Of a stretch of DNA of 39,093 nucleotides, positions 18,886-27,232 are shown piece by piece. The notes under the pieces are model-generated. The model was given only the letters and a program-made list of their open reading frames with translations. It was not told the origin of the DNA and ran no database searches. The position numbers were made by a program, and so were the translations under genes. This stretch comes from Escherichia phage PE3-1. The stretch lies in the sequence record KJ748011; one strand, written 5' to 3'. Within the stretch, counting starts at the first letter, position 1. The number at the start of each line of letters is the position of its first letter.

Positions 18886-20454
18886 ATGGCTGAACGTGAA
18901 GGGTTCGCTGCTGAAGGAGCCAAAGCGGTCTATGACCGACTTAAGAACGGTAGACAGCCATATGAGACACGCGCTCAGAACTGTGCTGCTGTCACTATCC
19001 CGTCACTGTTTCCTAAGGAGTCAGACAACTCGTCTACTGAGTACACAACTCCGTGGCAAGCTGTAGGTGCTCGCTGCTTGAACAACTTGGCCGCAAAGCT
19101 GATGTTGGCGTTATTCCCTCAGTCACCGTGGATGCGACTGACAGTCTCAGAATATGAGGCAAAGACCTTGAGTCAGGACTCAGAGGCTGCTGCTCGTGTT
19201 GACGAAGGGCTGGCTATGGTCGAGCGTGTGTTGATGGCCTACATGGAGACTAACAGTTTCCGTGTGCCATTGTTCGAAGCTCTTAAGCAGCTTATCGTCT
19301 CCGGTAACTGCCTGCTCTACATTCCAGAGCCTGAACAAGGTACTTACAGTCCTATGCGAATGTACCGCTTAGTGTCCTACGTTGTTCAACGTGATGCTTT
19401 CGGTAACATCTTGCAGATTGTGACGCTCGACAAGGTAGCGTTTAGTGCTCTACCGGAAGACGTTAAGTCTCAACTCAACGCAGACGACTATGAGCCTGAC
19501 ACAGAGCTGGAAGTGTATACGCACATCTACCGTCAGGACGACGAGTATCTGCGCTATGAGGAAGTGGAAGGCATTGAGGTAGCAGGGACAGAGGGTTCAT
19601 ACCCACTGACTGCATGTCCATACATCCCGGTACGAATGGTTCGACTGGACGGTGAAGACTATGGTCGTTCTTATTGCGAGGAGTATCTGGGAGACCTGAA
19701 CTCGCTGGAGACGATTACAGAAGCTATCACCAAAATGGCTAAGGTAGCCTCCAAGGTGGTGGGCCTCGTTAACCCGAACGGCATCACGCAACCTCGACGT
19801 CTGAACAAGGCGGCTACAGGTGAGTTCGTGGCTGGTCGCGTAGAGGACATCAACTTCCTGCAACTGACGAAAGGTCAGGACTTTACGATTGCCAAGTCGG
19901 TGGCTGACGCTATCGAGCAACGTTTAGGCTGGGCCTTCCTTCTTAATAGTGCTGTTCAGCGTAATGCCGAGCGAGTCACTGCTGAAGAGATTCGTTATGT
20001 TGCTGGCGAACTGGAGGCGACCTTAGGTGGCGTGTACTCAGTACAGTCACAAGAGCTTCAGTTACCTATCGTCCGTGTACTGATGAACCAGCTTCAGTCT
20101 GCGGGCATGATTCCTGACCTTCCGAAAGAAGCGGTAGAGCCTACGGTCTCCACTGGTCTGGAAGCTCTGGGCCGTGGTCAGGACTTGGAGAAGCTGACTC
20201 AGGCAGTCAACATGATGACTGGTCTTCAGCAGCTCTCTCAGGACCCGGACATCAACTTGCCGACCCTTAAGCTGCGACTTCTGAACGCTCTGGGTATCGA
20301 CACCGCTGGACTACTCCTGACACAAGACGAGAAGATGCAACGTATTGCTGAACAATCCGCTCAAGGAGCTGTGGTCAACGGTGCGTCTGCTGCTGGTGCT
20401 AACATGGGGGCTGCTGTAGGTCAGGGAGCTGGTGAGGACATGGCTCAAGCCTAA
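18886..20454 (+). CDS. 8: Head-to-tail connector (portal) protein gp8
   Basis: 522 aa, collinear with T7 gp8 (PYETRAQNCA, TPWQAVGAR, YRLVSYVVQRDAFGN, RVTAEEIRYVA). Confidence 0.97.
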   Translation: MAEREGFAAEGAKAVYDRLKNGRQPYETRAQNCAAVTIPSLFPKESDNSSTEYTTPWQAVGARCLNNLAAKLMLALFPQSPWMRLTVSEYEAKTLSQDSEAAARVDEGLAMVERVLMAYMETNSFRVPLFEALKQLIVSGNCLLYIPEPEQGTYSPMRMYRLVSYVVQRDAFGNILQIVTLDKVAFSALPEDVKSQLNADDYEPDTELEVYTHIYRQDDEYLRYEEVEGIEVAGTEGSYPLTACPYIPVRMVRLDGEDYGRSYCEEYLGDLNSLETITEAITKMAKVASKVVGLVNPNGITQPRRLNKAATGEFVAGRVEDINFLQLTKGQDFTIAKSVADAIEQRLGWAFLLNSAVQRNAERVTAEEIRYVAGELEATLGGVYSVQSQELQLPIVRVLMNQLQSAGMIPDLPKEAVEPTVSTGLEALGRGQDLEKLTQAVNMMTGLQQLSQDPDINLPTLKLRLLNALGIDTAGLLLTQDEKMQRIAEQSAQGAVVNGASAAGANMGAAVGQGAGEDMAQA

Positions 20455-20472
20455 ACTATCACTATAGGAACA
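20451..20472 (+). promoter_or_regulatory. Phage RNAP promoter CTAAACTATCACTATAGGAAC (phi9 position)
   Basis: Consensus match. Confidence 0.85.
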
Positions 20473-20559
20473 ACGGGACACACATTCACCGAGAGTGTGC
20501 CACTGGGAGCTACCATACTCTGTCCCGTCACCTATTAACTACCAAAGGAGAATGACTCA

Positions 20560-21444
20560 ATGTCTCAATCAGTTTATGCCGAGTTCGGCGTTAGCTCTAA
20601 TGCAATCACTGGTTCCGTTGAGGACCTGAACGAACACCAGAAGTCTATGCTTGAACAGGACGTAGCTGTTCGTGATGGCGACGACGCTATTACCTTCAAG
20701 CAACTGGAAGCTGAAAATGAAGAGGCGACCGAAGAAGACGAAAACGTCGAAGAGACTGAAGGTGGAGAAGACCACGAGTCCGATGACGAAGAGTCTGAGA
20801 CCGATGGTGAGCAACCTGAGTTCGTCGAACTTGGTGATGCACCTAAAGAGCTGACCGAAAGTGTCACCGCTCTGGATGAAAACGAAGCTGCATTCGACGA
20901 CATGGTGTCTTCTGCTGTAGAAGCTGGCAAGGTCACTGCTGATGAGATTACCGCTATCAAGGCTGAATACGCCAAGGACGGTAAGCTGTCTGACGCATCC
21001 TACGCTAAGTTGCAGGAAGCAGGTTACACCAAGCGTTTCGTAGATTCGTTTGTCCGTGGTCAGGAAGCTCTGGCTGAACAGTATGCTGCTGGTGTGGTTC
21101 GCTACGCTGGTGGTGCTGAACAGTTTAATCGCATCCTGTCACACCTTGAGTCCAACGACCCGTCAACTCGTGAAGCACTGGAAGCTGCTATCGTTCGTAA
21201 GGACATTGCGACTACCAAAGCTCTTCTGAATCTGGCTGGCAAGACTCTTGGTAAAGCTGTGGGTGTTAAACCTCAGCGCACCATCACCACTCAGGCTAAA
21301 CCTGTGGTCGCACCTAAGGCTCCTCAGACCGAAGCATTCAGCTCAAAGGCTGACATGATTAAGGCTATGAGTGACCCGCGATACCTGCGTGACGCTAAGT
21401 ACACGATGGAAGTTCGCGCTAAGGTAGCTGCCTCAAGCCTGTAG
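20560..21444 (+). CDS. 9: Capsid assembly (scaffolding) protein gp9
   Basis: 294 aa, highly acidic, Ala/Glu-rich; synteny between portal and capsid. Confidence 0.9.
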   Translation: MSQSVYAEFGVSSNAITGSVEDLNEHQKSMLEQDVAVRDGDDAITFKQLEAENEEATEEDENVEETEGGEDHESDDEESETDGEQPEFVELGDAPKELTESVTALDENEAAFDDMVSSAVEAGKVTADEITAIKAEYAKDGKLSDASYAKLQEAGYTKRFVDSFVRGQEALAEQYAAGVVRYAGGAEQFNRILSHLESNDPSTREALEAAIVRKDIATTKALLNLAGKTLGKAVGVKPQRTITTQAKPVVAPKAPQTEAFSSKADMIKAMSDPRYLRDAKYTMEVRAKVAASSL

Positions 21445-21446
21445 GA

Positions 21447-21468
21447 CTAAACTATCACTATAGGGAGA
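21447..21468 (+). promoter_or_regulatory. Phage RNAP promoter CTAAACTATCACTATAGGGAGA (phi10 position)
   Basis: Only copy carrying the full GGGAGA initiation sequence; precedes the capsid gene. Confidence 0.9.
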
Positions 21469-21570
21469 CCAAGAGAAAGACTCAAGGTTTCCCTATTACT
21501 TCAGTCCATACGGATTGGGCATACAGTAAGTAATAAACTTTATCTTTCAATTGAATAGGAGAATTATCAT

Positions 21571-22620
21571 ATGGCAAACGTTCCGGGTCAGAAAATTGGT
21601 ACAGACCAAGGTAAAGGCAAATCCAGTTCCGACGCTCTGGCGTTGTTCCTGAAGGTCTTTGCTGGTGAAGTCCTGACCGCATTCACTCGCCGCTCTGTAA
21701 CCGCTGACAAGCATATTGTCCGTACCATTCAGAACGGTAAGTCTGCTCAGTTCCCGGTCATGGGTCGCACCTCTGGTGTGTATCTGGCTCCGGGTGAGCG
21801 ACTGTCCGATAAGCGTAAAGGTATCAAACATACAGAGAAAGTGATTACCATTGATGGTCTGCTGACTGCCGATGTGATGATTTTCGACATTGAAGACGCG
21901 ATGAACCACTATGACGTGGCTGGCGAGTACTCCAACCAGTTGGGTGAAGCTCTGGCTATCGCTGCTGATGGTGCGGTTCTGGCTGAAATGGCTCTCCTGT
22001 GTAACCTCCCGGCTGCATCCAACGAAAATATTGCCGGTCTGGGCACTGCGTCAGTACTTGAAGTTGGTACTAAAGCCGACCTGAACACTCCGGCTAAGCT
22101 GGGTGAGGCAATCATTGGTCAACTGACCATTGCTCGTGCGAAGCTGACCTCCAACTACGTTCCTGCTGGCGACCGTTACTTCTACACCACGCCTGACAAC
22201 TACTCTGCAATCCTCGCCGCTCTGATGCCGAACGCTGCTAACTATGCTGCGCTGATTGATCCAGAGACTGGTAACATCCGTAACGTGATGGGCTTCGTTG
22301 TTGTCGAGGTTCCGCATCTGGTACAGGGTGGCGCTGGTGAGACTCGTGGTGACGATGGTATTTCTATCGCTTCCGGTCAGAAACACGCATTCCCGGCAAC
22401 TGCTACTGGCGCTGTTAAAGTTGCTATGGACAACGTTGTGGGTCTGTTCTCTCACCGTTCTGCTGTTGGTACTGTGAAGCTGCGTGACTTGGCGCTGGAA
22501 CGTGACCGTGACGTCGATGCTCAGGGCGACCTGATTGTTGGTAAATACGCTATGGGTCACGGTGGTCTGCGCCCTGAAGCGGCTGGTGCTCTGGTTTTCA
22601 GTCAAGCAGCAAAGGGTTAA
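21571..22620 (+). CDS. 10A: Major capsid protein 10A
   Basis: 349 aa, collinear with T7 gp10A (LALFLKVF.GEVLTAF, KHTEKVITIDGLLTADV, AANYAALIDPE, MGHGGLRPEAAG). Confidence 0.98.
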   Translation: MANVPGQKIGTDQGKGKSSSDALALFLKVFAGEVLTAFTRRSVTADKHIVRTIQNGKSAQFPVMGRTSGVYLAPGERLSDKRKGIKHTEKVITIDGLLTADVMIFDIEDAMNHYDVAGEYSNQLGEALAIAADGAVLAEMALLCNLPAASNENIAGLGTASVLEVGTKADLNTPAKLGEAIIGQLTIARAKLTSNYVPAGDRYFYTTPDNYSAILAALMPNAANYAALIDPETGNIRNVMGFVVVEVPHLVQGGAGETRGDDGISIASGQKHAFPATATGAVKVAMDNVVGLFSHRSAVGTVKLRDLALERDRDVDAQGDLIVGKYAMGHGGLRPEAAGALVFSQAAKG

Positions 22621-22883
22621 TGACCTTCAGGACTCTCTCTACTGAGGGTCCTACCTTGGAAACCTTGGAGTCCTCAGTGGGTGTCAGTCTTAAGGTTGAC
22701 TTCCCTGAGCTGGCAGATGTGACCGACTGGTCTCTGCTGGATGTAACCATGCCGGATGGTGTGAGCTACTCTCGTAGAACTTCAAGTCTCTACTTCAAGG
22801 CCACCGATGCTGTGACAGGTCTTGTAACTGTTGGATATGACGGGTCTACCGTTAGGTCATTCAACGTTTCGTTCACAAACTAA
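21571..22883 (+). CDS. 10B: Minor capsid protein 10B, predicted product of a -1 ribosomal frameshift at GGTTTTC (22593-22599) joining 10A to the 22620 ORF frame
   Basis: The -1 frame is open from the slip site through ORF 22620-22883; slip heptamer in the same position relative to the 10A stop as in T7 (recalled). Confidence 0.6.
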
Positions 22884-22888
22884 TTGAA

Positions 22889-22927
22889 ACCCCTTGGGTG
22901 CCTTCGGGTGCTTGAGGGGTTTTTTTG
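22889..22927 (+). terminator. Intrinsic terminator (T-phi-like) after the capsid gene
   Basis: CCCCTTGGGTGCC-TTCG-GGTGCTTGAGGGG hairpin followed by T8; closely resembles T7 T-phi. Confidence 0.9.
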
Positions 22928-22941
22928 CTTAAGGAGGGCCT

Positions 22942-23508
22942 ATGGCTCAATACATTCCACTGAATGCTAACGATGACTTAGACGCCATCAACGATATGTT
23001 AGCTACTATCGGTGAACCAGCAGTCCTACAGCTTGACGAGGGGAACGCTGACGTCTCTAACGCTCAACGTATCCTGCATCGTGTCAATCGTCAGGTCCAA
23101 GCTAAAGGCTGGAACTTTAACATCAACGAAGCCGCTGTCCTGACACCTGATGTCCAAGACAATAGGATTAGATTCCTGCCGTCATACCTTCGTGTAATGA
23201 CCACTGGGGCCACCAGCTACTACAGCAACATGGGTGGATACCTGTACGACCTATCCACTCAGTCAACCACTTTCACCGACCCTATCACGGTAGAGCTTGT
23301 GGAGATGAAGCCATTCTCCGAGATGCCTGTGGTCTTCAGGGACTACATCGTCACTAAAGCTAGCCGTGAGTTCAACGCTAAGTTCTTCGGTAGCCCAGAG
23401 TCAGAGCTATACCTTCGTGAGCAGGAAGCAGAACTCTATCAGCAGGTTATGGAGTACGAGATGGACACTGGTCGCTACAACATGATGTCTGACATCGGGA
23501 GGGACTAA
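22942..23508 (+). CDS. 11: Tail tubular protein A (gp11)
   Basis: 188 aa; IGEP, WNFNI, DYIVTKASREFN, MEYEMD.G.YNM parallel T7 gp11. Confidence 0.93.
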   Translation: MAQYIPLNANDDLDAINDMLATIGEPAVLQLDEGNADVSNAQRILHRVNRQVQAKGWNFNINEAAVLTPDVQDNRIRFLPSYLRVMTTGATSYYSNMGGYLYDLSTQSTTFTDPITVELVEMKPFSEMPVVFRDYIVTKASREFNAKFFGSPESELYLREQEAELYQQVMEYEMDTGRYNMMSDIGRD

Positions 23509-23735
23509 TGGCTAGTCACAACCTGAAGATTCACCGCCAGCACTTTGGTCCGGTACAGCTAGGTCTAAAGACAGCAGAGCTGAGACTTAACGACCGGGAC
23601 TTTAAGGTTGGCGACTGGCTTATCCTGAATGAGTGGGACAACGGGTATACTGGACAACAGGTAGCGCGTAAGGTTGTCCACATTGCTGACGTTGGTGACA
23701 TCGCTGAAGGATATGTCCTAATGAGTATGATTTAA
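23508..23735 (+). CDS. DUF3850 / ASCH-like (PUA-fold) small protein
   Basis: 75 aa; HNLKIHRQHFGPVQLGLKTAELRLNDRDFKVGDWLILNEW matches my recollection of the DUF3850 consensus; not part of the T7 gene set. Confidence 0.65.
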   Translation: MASHNLKIHRQHFGPVQLGLKTAELRLNDRDFKVGDWLILNEWDNGYTGQQVARKVVHIADVGDIAEGYVLMSMI

Positions 23736-23744
23736 GGAGGGCCT

Positions 23745-26102
23745 ATGCCACTAATTACTCAATCAATCAAGAACCTTAAAGGTGGTATTAGCCAACAGCC
23801 TGATATACTGAGGTTCTCAGACCAAGGCGAGGCACAGGTTAACTGCTGGTCATCCGAGAGTGATGGTCTCCAGAAGCGCCCACCTACAGTCTTCAAGAGA
23901 CGTCTTAACATCGACGTTGGGAGTAACCCTAAGTTCCACCTGATTAACCGTGACGAGCATGAGCAGTATTACATCGTGTTCAATGGGTCCAACATTCAGG
24001 TAGTTGACTTGAGTGGTAATCAATACTCAGTGTCCGGTGCGGTAGATTACGTTAAGTCCTCCAACCCGCGAGATGACATCCGCGTCGTTACCGTGGCAGA
24101 CTATACGTTCGTCGTTAACCGTAAGGTTGTAGTCAAAGGTGGAAGCGAGAAGTCACACTCTGGTTATAACCGCAAAGCACGAGCTTTAATTAACCTGCGT
24201 GGTGGACAGTATGGTCGAACCCTTAAGGTGGGAATCAACGGTGGCGTTAAGGTCTCTCATAAGCTACCAGCAGGTAACGATGCCGCGAATGACCCGCCTA
24301 AGGTTGACGCTCAAGCCATTGGTGCAACTCTGAGAGGCCTTCTTGTTACTGCCTATCCTTCTTTCACGTTCGACCTTGGGTCTGGCTTCCTGTTAATTAC
24401 TGCCCCTGAAGGGACCGACATTAACTCAGTGGAGACGGAGGATGGCTACGCTAACCAGCTAATAAGCCCAGTCCTAGACACTGTGCAGACAATCTCTAAA
24501 CTACCTCTTGCCGCTCCTAATGGGTATATCATTAAGATTCAAGGTGAGACAAACAGTAGCGCCGATGAATACTACGTGATGTATGACTCCAACACTAAGA
24601 CGTGGAAGGAGACAGTGGAGCCGGGAGTTGTAACTGGGTTCGATGTCACCACAATGCCACATGCTCTGGTCAGACAGTTTGATGGCTCCTTTGAGTTCAA
24701 GACTCTGGATTGGTCCAAGCGTGGTGCTGGTAACGATGACACAAACCCTATGCCTAGCTTCGTTGATGCTACGATTAATGATGTGTTCTTCTACAGGAAC
24801 AGACTTGGGTTCTTGTCGGGTGAGAACGTAATCATGAGCCGTTCAGCCAGCTACTTTGCGTTCTTCCCTAAGAGTGTGGCGACACTGAGTGATGATGACC
24901 CTATTGATGTAGCTGTAAGTAACCCTCGAATCTCAATCCTTAAGTATGCCGTTCCGTTTAGCGAGCAGCTACTACTTTGGTCGGATGAGGTTCAGTTCGT
25001 GATGACAAGCTCTGGGGTACTTACCTCGAAGTCTATCCAGCTTGATGTAGGCTCAGAGTTTGCCCTAGGGGACAATGCCAGACCGTTCGCTGTAGGACGC
25101 TCAGTCTTCTTCTCAGCGCCTCGTGGGTCATTCACCAGCATTAAGCGATACTTCGCTGTAGCTGATGCGTCTGATGTGAAGGATGCCGATGATACAACTG
25201 GTCACGTACTGTCCTACATCCCTAACGGGGTGTTTGATATTCAAGGTACAGGGACTGAGAACTACATCTGCGTCAACTCTACAGGTGCATACAACCGTAT
25301 CTACATCTACAAGTTCTTGTTTAAGGACGGCGTACAGCTTCAAGCCTCTTGGTCACACTGGGAGTTCCCTAAAGATGATAAGATTCTGGCGTCTGCTTCT
25401 ATTGGCTCTACCATGTTCATCGTTCGTCAGCACCAAGGAGGGGTAGACATTGAGCACCTTAAGTTCATCAAGGAGGCAACTGACTTCCCGTCAGAGCCAT
25501 ATAGACTACACATTGACTCCAAGGTGTCTATGGTAATTCCAATTGACTCATATAATGCTGACGCATATAAGACTACGGTTGACATTGGTGCTGCTTATGG
25601 CGGCAACGCTCCGTCTCCCGGTCGGTACTATCTGATTGACAGTCAGGGTGCTTATGTGGACCTTGGGGACTTGACCAGTAGCTCTACTGTGGTTATCCTC
25701 AACGGCGATTGGTCAGGACGCACAGTGTTCATCGGACGGTCCTATCTGATGTCCTACAAGTTCTCACGGTTCCTGATTAAGATTGAAGATGATAGTGGCA
25801 CTCAGTCTGAAGACACTGGTCGTCTACAGCTTCGTCGGGCTTGGGTAAACTACAAAGACACTGGCGCTCTGAGACTCATTGTCAGAAACGGTGAGCGGGA
25901 GTTCGTGAATACCTTCAACGGGTACACCCTTGGGCAGCAAACCATCGGGACTACAAACATTGGTGACGGGCAGTATCGCTTCGCTATGAATGGTAACGCA
26001 TTAACCACGAGTCTAACCTTAGAGTCCGACTATCCCACCCCAGTGTCAATCGTTGGGTGTGGCTGGGAGGCGTCATACGCTAAGAAAGCTCGTTCCGTCT
26101 AA
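23745..26102 (+). CDS. 12: Tail tubular protein B (gp12)
   Basis: 785 aa, collinear with T7 gp12 (SQSIKNLKGGISQQPDILR, INRDEHEQYY, VTVADYTFVVNR, GRLQLRRAWVNY, IVGCGWE). Confidence 0.97.
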   Translation: MPLITQSIKNLKGGISQQPDILRFSDQGEAQVNCWSSESDGLQKRPPTVFKRRLNIDVGSNPKFHLINRDEHEQYYIVFNGSNIQVVDLSGNQYSVSGAVDYVKSSNPRDDIRVVTVADYTFVVNRKVVVKGGSEKSHSGYNRKARALINLRGGQYGRTLKVGINGGVKVSHKLPAGNDAANDPPKVDAQAIGATLRGLLVTAYPSFTFDLGSGFLLITAPEGTDINSVETEDGYANQLISPVLDTVQTISKLPLAAPNGYIIKIQGETNSSADEYYVMYDSNTKTWKETVEPGVVTGFDVTTMPHALVRQFDGSFEFKTLDWSKRGAGNDDTNPMPSFVDATINDVFFYRNRLGFLSGENVIMSRSASYFAFFPKSVATLSDDDPIDVAVSNPRISILKYAVPFSEQLLLWSDEVQFVMTSSGVLTSKSIQLDVGSEFALGDNARPFAVGRSVFFSAPRGSFTSIKRYFAVADASDVKDADDTTGHVLSYIPNGVFDIQGTGTENYICVNSTGAYNRIYIYKFLFKDGVQLQASWSHWEFPKDDKILASASIGSTMFIVRQHQGGVDIEHLKFIKEATDFPSEPYRLHIDSKVSMVIPIDSYNADAYKTTVDIGAAYGGNAPSPGRYYLIDSQGAYVDLGDLTSSSTVVILNGDWSGRTVFIGRSYLMSYKFSRFLIKIEDDSGTQSEDTGRLQLRRAWVNYKDTGALRLIVRNGEREFVNTFNGYTLGQQTIGTTNIGDGQYRFAMNGNALTTSLTLESDYPTPVSIVGCGWEASYAKKARSV

Positions 26103-26127
26103 CTTATTGAAGGGCCTATAGATTTAC

Positions 26128-26149
26128 CTTAACTATCACTATAGGGACT
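26128..26149 (+). promoter_or_regulatory. Phage RNAP promoter CTTAACTATCACTATAGGGAC (phi13 position)
   Basis: Consensus match; embedded between a perfect 12-bp inverted repeat. Confidence 0.85.
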
Positions 26150-26178
26150 ATAGGCCCTTAAGGTTATAAGGAGACTTT

Positions 26179-26649
26179 ATGTATATTCGCAAGGCTACGG
26201 AACCAGATGTCCACTACTTTCTGTGGCATCTTTCAGCAGATGATGTTAATGAGTGCAAAGCAAACTATGGGTCAACCGTTGGTCTCTCTGAAAGACTGCT
26301 TAAGCATTTATCCCCGTCATCTGTGGTTTTAACGAACGGTGTAGGCGAAGTGTTTGCCTATGGTGGAAACCAAGGTGATAACGTATGGTTCTTGACTTCC
26401 GGTCTTGTCTATAAGCTGAGACCTAAAGAGAAGCGAGAGTTCATAAAGCGTATCTCTGAGTACAGGGACTTAATGTTAGACCAATACGGGACCATCTGGA
26501 ACTACGTGTGGTCAGGCAATAAGTCTCACATTAAATTCTTGAAGTTGCTTGGGGCTAAGTTCCATGATGATTGGACTATCAGCCCAGTAACTGGTGAGCG
26601 TTTTCAACTATTCACTATCTCTAAGGAGGACGTATGTGTGAACCCGTAA
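26179..26649 (+). CDS. 13: gp13-position protein (internal virion/assembly protein by synteny)
   Basis: 156 aa ORF with AAGGAG RBS downstream of the promoter; assignment by position. Confidence 0.75.
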   Translation: MYIRKATEPDVHYFLWHLSADDVNECKANYGSTVGLSERLLKHLSPSSVVLTNGVGEVFAYGGNQGDNVWFLTSGLVYKLRPKEKREFIKRISEYRDLMLDQYGTIWNYVWSGNKSHIKFLKLLGAKFHDDWTISPVTGERFQLFTISKEDVCVNP

Positions 26650-27221
26650 GTATCGGCATGGGTATCATGGCTACAGCCGGGGCCACTATGTCCGCATCCC
26701 AGCAGGCCAAGGCCGAAGGTGCAGCAATTGACGCTCAGAACCGACAGGCTCAGGAAATGGTTAAGCAGATGAACTACTCTGACGCGAACCTGAAGATGCA
26801 GGAGCGAGACCTGAAGGAGCAGCAGATGGCTGAACTGACAGAGACCACACTCAACGGTATCCGCAATCAGGGTATGGTCCGAGCTGCGGTGGCTGAGTCA
26901 GGTCTGGAAGGTAACTCTATGGACAGGATTGAACGTCAGGTCGCAGGAGATACAGTCAAGGAGCGAGCAGGGATTACCGAAAGTTACAACCGCGACTATG
27001 CGGCTATCTTCGGGAACCGTATCGCCAACATTGAGAACACCAAGTCTGCTATCCGTGGTCAAGGTAAAATTATCAAGACCAGCCCACTGGCTCATGCACT
27101 TAATGTTGCTACCGCCGGGATGCAAGGCTACGCCGCTGGTAAGTCAATCTCTGGAGAGTCCAGCTCTGGTGGTTCTGCACCAATTAGTGCTGCTAAAGGC
27201 ACACCTACAGGTCATAGCTAA
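26634..27221 (+). CDS. 14: Internal virion protein gp14
   Basis: 195 aa; N-terminal MC, Ala-rich and QQAKAEG region parallel T7 gp14; synteny. Confidence 0.88.
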   Translation: MCEPVSIGMGIMATAGATMSASQQAKAEGAAIDAQNRQAQEMVKQMNYSDANLKMQERDLKEQQMAELTETTLNGIRNQGMVRAAVAESGLEGNSMDRIERQVAGDTVKERAGITESYNRDYAAIFGNRIANIENTKSAIRGQGKIIKTSPLAHALNVATAGMQGYAAGKSISGESSSGGSAPISAAKGTPTGHS

Positions 27222-27232
27222 GAGGAGGACTA

